The translations under genes were made by a program, and so were the position numbers. From the NCBI GenBank assembly GCA_002189035.1, contig NEEC01000007.1, positions 2,976,001-3,040,000 on the forward strand: 64,000 nt of DNA, in the 5' to 3' direction. Below, piece by piece: positions 59,346 through 64,000 of the stretch. Source of the DNA: Utricularia gibba. Taxonomy: Eukaryota; Plantae; Magnoliophyta. The first letter of the stretch is position 1; each line of letters opens with the position of its first letter. Below the pieces are notes generated by a model. That model did no database searches. It was not told the origin of the DNA and saw nothing but the letters and a program-made list of their open reading frames with translations.

Positions 59346-60051
59346 ATAGTCTAAGCGATAGACGAATATTCTTTATTTATTGAAATTAATTTGTAATAAT
59401 TAGGATATATAAAATCATTTCATTTTCAAATTTTTATATTCCAATTAATGCAACAACAAATTTTTATATTTATGAAAATTAAGAATACTTTCAAAGATTG
59501 CGCAATTTCCAAATTTCGGGTACGGGTGCCTAATTTTGCATTTCTTGTGCCACTCACCCACATTAGCGATTCTAGGTGCCTCAAAATTAGAGTATTAATT
59601 ACACGATGGGCTCGCATCGATTCAAACGAGCAGCGCACACCTTGTGTGAAAACAACGAAAGCTATTACCGACAACCTACGAAAGTAGGGATATCATTGCG
59701 CGTAATCATTAGCTTATGATTTGGTGTATTAAACCAAATCCCCACGCACCCATACACAGCGCTATACATCACCACCCCACTCCCCACTTTACCCACTCCC
59801 TATGTTGTCAATTAAACCAACCCTAATCCCCACCCATTTGGTAAGAAAATTTTCTTACCTCTTTCCCCCTCCCCCAGCCGAAAGTGACCGGACGCCCCCA
59901 CAGTCCCATCACCTACTTGGAGTGTTCTTTAAGTTAAATAAGGTAAGTGATTTATTTTCCACCATGGGTTGCTGATCTATGTTCCAAATTGTTATACCTT
60001 GTTGAATTATTGTAGTTTGAATTTTTATACAATTCCTATGGGTGTTTGTAG

Positions 60052-61995
60052 ATGCACACTTCTGAAAAATTGAGAACTAGATTCTTGATACCGTATGAAT
60101 ATGAGGTTTGGGACAAAGAACCGGATGAGTTGATTGAGAGTGAAATTCCAAACCGTGTGGGTCCAATGGGATTTTCCTTAAGCATGGAACATTTTCGCTG
60201 TGGTTTGCGCTTACCATTATTGCCCTTTTTAGAAGAAATATTAGAATGTTTAAAGATTCATTTATCTCATTTGACTCCAAGATCTATCTCATATGTGTTG
60301 GCCTTTGTTAGTATTTGTGAGGACTTATGTCTTGAGGTGGAACTTCGCTATTTTTTTGCTGTGAGTGTATGTTCTATGACTCTAAATAAGAACCACTACA
60401 CCCTAAAGGGGAAAAAAGGGTGGTACTAGTGAAGGATGTAAGAAGAGGATTTGAAGAATGGTGGACAAGTTTTGTTTGGATATGTACTCCAATGGAAACC
60501 AAATTTCTTCAAATTTATACTAATTCGAACGAAGTAGGCAAGGCGAAAGGTAAATCTTGCTTTGTATTATTAGAAGAAATATGAATAAAAATATTCCATA
60601 TTTTTATTGAAGGTATTATGATTGAGTGTTTTTTTTAATCTACTCTTATTAAAACTATTGTTATTGAATATTTTTATTCAATACCCTTTTTGAATATTTT
60701 TACACTTATCATGTTGAATATTCTTATTCAATAATTTTGTTGAATATATTGTTAATAAATTTACTTTTACTGTAGGATTTGATACCTTGTCCAAGAGGGA
60801 TATACAAAATCTTATTCTCCTCTTCTCAAGTATGCAAAAGAGTTTTGTTGACATTTTACCACCATTTGTGGATGCACTGGGGACAAAACGCTATTGGTGT
60901 GGTGTGTTAAAGAATCCTAGAGTCTCCCAAAAAAATGAAGACTTGTCAAGGAATGAAAGGAGACAAGATGGGAATGATGTTGAAGGGGACGAGCTCATAC
61001 ATGGTCTCGATGATGTCGATGACATACTTGAATTTATAACAAAAGAGAATGAAGAGCTTCGCTACACGTTGGATTGGTATGAGAGTCGTTGGGCATATAC
61101 CGGACCTCCTTTTAGTGCCTCTGAGCCTCAACGAAAGCTGATTATCTTGGATGTAAATGATGAGCTAGCAAACATCGTTTACAGGACTGGAGCGTCAAGG
61201 TCACGAATCCCTCCAGATAAAATCATATATGGCCGATCAGGTATGTTAACACAATACTTATTTTTGTGTGTTATATGCATTCACGATTTATGAGATATCA
61301 TAGGTATCTTTTGGTGCAAATTATGCAGTCTTTCTACGTCCACATGCCCGCGATTTTATTAGGTGGTGTTTGGATAATTTTGATGTAGCCTTGTGGTCAT
61401 ACCGTGGGGGGTACGTGTGTTGCATCTCTTTTTTTTTTTGTTGGTATTTATAATTGGTGCAAACACTTGCAAGTGATTTATTTTGTAGGGAGCAACTACA
61501 AGCAATCACTAAATGGGTATTTCCACCTTCGTTATTCGACAAACTCATTTTCGTATGGGACCAAACCATGACAACGGACACTGGCGTATGTGTTCACAAC
61601 AATCCTAGCAACACGGTTTACATGAAGGAGTTGAATCGTGTATGGGCTGTCAACAATGGATTGAACACAAGATATGACCGTCACAATACCTTATTAATTG
61701 ATGATTCACCTCACAATACACGGTTTACATAATATACTCTTGCATACACTTGGTTATACATCAAAACTAACCCTTCAATTTTTAGGAAAATAATGATATT
61801 TTTCCAAGTCCCTATTCGCATACTAATAGGGATGATGCATCACTCAATGTTGATGGTGAGATGCGGACTTTCCTTGAAGGGTTACGGTATGCTAATGATG
61901 TTCCAAGTTATGTTAATGAGAATCGAATAGGACAGCCTCCCATACGTGAGTGACATGCCTTATGGGAGTATTATGCATGCCTATATGATTGTTAG
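60052..61995 (+). pseudogene. Spliced chimeric gene: TRP28/Transposase_28-like domain plus FCP1/NIF (HAD-superfamily) phosphatase-like domain. Exons about 60052-60549, 60776-61240, 61329-61410, 61489-about 61730, 61786-61995
   Basis: LRTRFLIP...FRCGLRLPLLPFL...HLTPRSI...WWTSFVWI; then KLIILDVNDEL, VFLRPHARDFIRWCLDNFDVALWS, LIFVWDQ, MKELNRVW, NTLLIDDSP, IFP.PY...GEMRTFLEGL...IGQPPI; first three introns phase-compatible; frameshift at about 60427, stop at 61951. Confidence 0.72.
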
Positions 61996-62181
61996 AAGGA
62001 GCCTCTTATTTCTAAAGAGCCGTCCCATTTATTTTCAATTAGATAGACACTTACGAAATGTCACATTTTGATTATGCCATTGAATTTATTTTAAAATAAA
62101 TGAAAAAATTAATGACAATACCTACAAAACAACTTATTTATACTGTATGGCGCTTATTTTGATTTTTTAAATTAATTTACT

Positions 62182-63440
62182 GGAACGGCACATACATAAA
62201 AATGTTTCTTATGGATGTAGGGGCCGCCAAAATATTGAAATACTATTAAATTTGCTTACAGATGTGAATTGTTTATTAAACGATTTCCCATTACAATTGG
62301 CATCCATATTTTAAAAAATATTTTTTCGTACATAATTATTTTAAATAATTTTATGTTATAACATAGAATTATAAGTGTGTTGTTGACATACAATCACATT
62401 TTAACTTAAAACATTTTTAGCAAAAATATGATACGAATGTAGGTTCTTGTCTAACTTAACCTCAGATGTTGCGAGGTTTAGTAGAGAAAAATATTTGAGA
62501 TACAATATACATATACTTGTGTGAAAAAACTTCATTTTTATAATCCTACCTTAAATATTCAACGCATTACAACATTTATGTTGATAAACGTCATTAACAA
62601 GGACCATTTATATTAAAAAAACATAAATTTCCACTTCGTAGTTTAGGGTTTTCAGGGTTTTAGGTTTAGGGTAAATAAAATATCTGAAATATTCACGCAT
62701 TTTTAATATGTTGCAAATGTGAAATTTTGGACGGCACATACGTAACATTGCGTTTTGTAGGGGCGGTAAAAACAATTTATGGAAACACTCTCAAATGTAT
62801 TTACGGATGAGAATTGTTTATTAAATAATTTACAATTCAAATTGACGTCCATTAGATACAAAATATTTTTTGTATCGAATTTCTATTTAAAAAAACTGAT
62901 TCAAAAACCTTAAATTACAAATGTATAATTGAAAGGCAATATAATGACATTAAAGTTTATAAATAATCATCCACATTTACATTAGATACTAATGTATCTT
63001 GTTCTATAATTTAAATGTCAAATATTATGATGCTTTATAAAAAAAATATTGAACATATATTTACAAAGAAACGTGGTTTTTATTATTTTTAACGTTACAA
63101 TATTGGTGATGATAAACTTCATTACTATGAACAAAAACTATTAAAATTTTTAATGTGTAGTTTAATTAAGGGTTTAGGACAATTAAATGTGTAATAAATT
63201 CTCGTCATTTTTTTAAAAAAATGTAAGAATAGTTGGATTTTGAGAAGGTACATTCAAACACACGTAATGCGTAGGTGTCGCTGAAATATATCCACAACCT
63301 TTTTCATTTATCATTTTTAAAATACTAAAAATTTGAAATTTGGGACGGCAAATTAAACAATGAGTTATCTGGATTTAGACTATATATGGATGTGAATAAT
63401 TCTATGTAATATGATTTTCTGAAAAAGTTGGCGTCCATTA
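62182..63440. repeat. Three highly degenerate dispersed repeat units (spacing about 547 and 614 bp)
   Basis: GG(A)ACGGCA at 62182, 62729 and 63343, each followed by a (C/G)GGATG..AAT motif and TTG(G/A)C(G/A)TCCAT at 62297, 62842 and 63428. Confidence 0.55.
62640..62672. repeat. Short degenerate telomere-like/telo-box cluster
   Basis: GTTTAGGGTTTTCAGGGTTTTAGGTTTAGGG. Confidence 0.6.
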
Positions 63441-63789
63441 TATAAGTGTACAACTCTACCTAGTTTACATCATCTTTTGCTGCATACAAAGACTCTTCTT
63501 ATCAGTGTCGTCGCGCTCCTGAAAACCCAGAATTCGTCGGCTTAAAATCGGGTAATCTTGTTGTTGAAACTTACATTATTTTTGTGAAATGTATTCTATG
63601 CATTTGTTGGTGCAGTATGCCTTATATATTAAGTTGGGTTTAGTTATTAAAAATTGTCTTTTCATATAATTATGTATTTAGTTGGGTTTAGCTGTGTTTT
63701 TCATCGTTAATATCATGTTTGTTTTGCTGTTTTCCATTTCCTTATTTTTAGAATTTCATTCTTATTATGTATCCTTTATTGATTAGGGA

Positions 63790-64000
63790 ATGGATAGATT
63801 TCGTGTTAAATATTTCATCCCAACCGATTGGTTGACAATTCCTGCTCTGCAAAACACACCTCTTGATGCCAATCCCCCTCATGAACATCCCAATGCTTGG
63901 CTTGTGTCTCGTAAAACATTTGATGCTGGTCTTAGGCTACCTATCCATCCCTTTGTTGTTGATGTGCTCACCTACTTGAGATTGCCTATTGGGTTTTTAG
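63790..64000 (+). CDS. Second TRP28/Transposase_28-like gene, runs off the window end
   Basis: After acceptor AG (63785-63786): MDRFRVKYFIPTDW...TFDAGLRLPIHPFVVDVLTYLRLP, open to 64000; upstream donor at 63552. Confidence 0.7.
   Translation, partial: MDRFRVKYFIPTDWLTIPALQNTPLDANPPHEHPNAWLVSRKTFDAGLRLPIHPFVVDVLTYLRLPIGFL

Larger units (their letters stand above)
55120..59600 (+). mobile_element. hAT (Ac/Tam3-like) DNA transposon; left end at 55120, right end not found
   Basis: TAGAGGTGG at the point where the gypsy RT stops, palindromic subterminal motifs, a hAT transposase gene, and shared GGCACCCAC/GTGGGTG(T/C)C motifs on both sides. Confidence 0.7.

Noticed and set aside
59761-59805. CCACTCCCTA as the right TIR of the hAT element
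   Set aside because: Does not match the reverse complement of TAGAGGTGG well and is not followed by the expected TSD CGTTAAGG
62640-62672. Interstitial telomere or chromosome fusion site
   Set aside because: Only about 4 degenerate units; such clusters are common as telo-boxes in promoters and TEs

Overview
Plant (eudicot-like) nuclear DNA with short spliceosomal introns, in three zones. (1) 1-22 kb: the 3' part of a MATE/DTX33-like transporter and a PLS-DYW PPR gene, then a nested retrotransposon stack. An old chromodomain Ty3/gypsy element (about 5.4-20.8 kb) holds an Athila-like solo LTR and a younger full-length Tat/Retand element (9836-19897; TSD GGGTA, tRNA-Lys PBS). The Retand element carries a spliced antisense TRP28/coiled-coil gene. 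(2) 22-52 kb: a compact block of conserved genes (DCL, PP2C, PgiC, UBP6, a small AT-hook-like protein, TYW1, PMT28, a CNNM/DUF21-CBS protein, a pfkB kinase). (3) 52.5-64 kb: a CRM-like gypsy fragment cut off by a hAT element whose transposase is flanked by 88-bp and 165-bp arrays, followed by AT-rich DNA with two TRP28-like genes. One of these is apparently spliced in frame to an FCP1/NIF-type HAD phosphatase-like domain, which is the most unusual object here. Caveat: many conserved genes show single-base deletions in short homopolymers, which looks like sequencing consensus error rather than real pseudogenisation. All family assignments come from motif recognition by eye; no searches were run.
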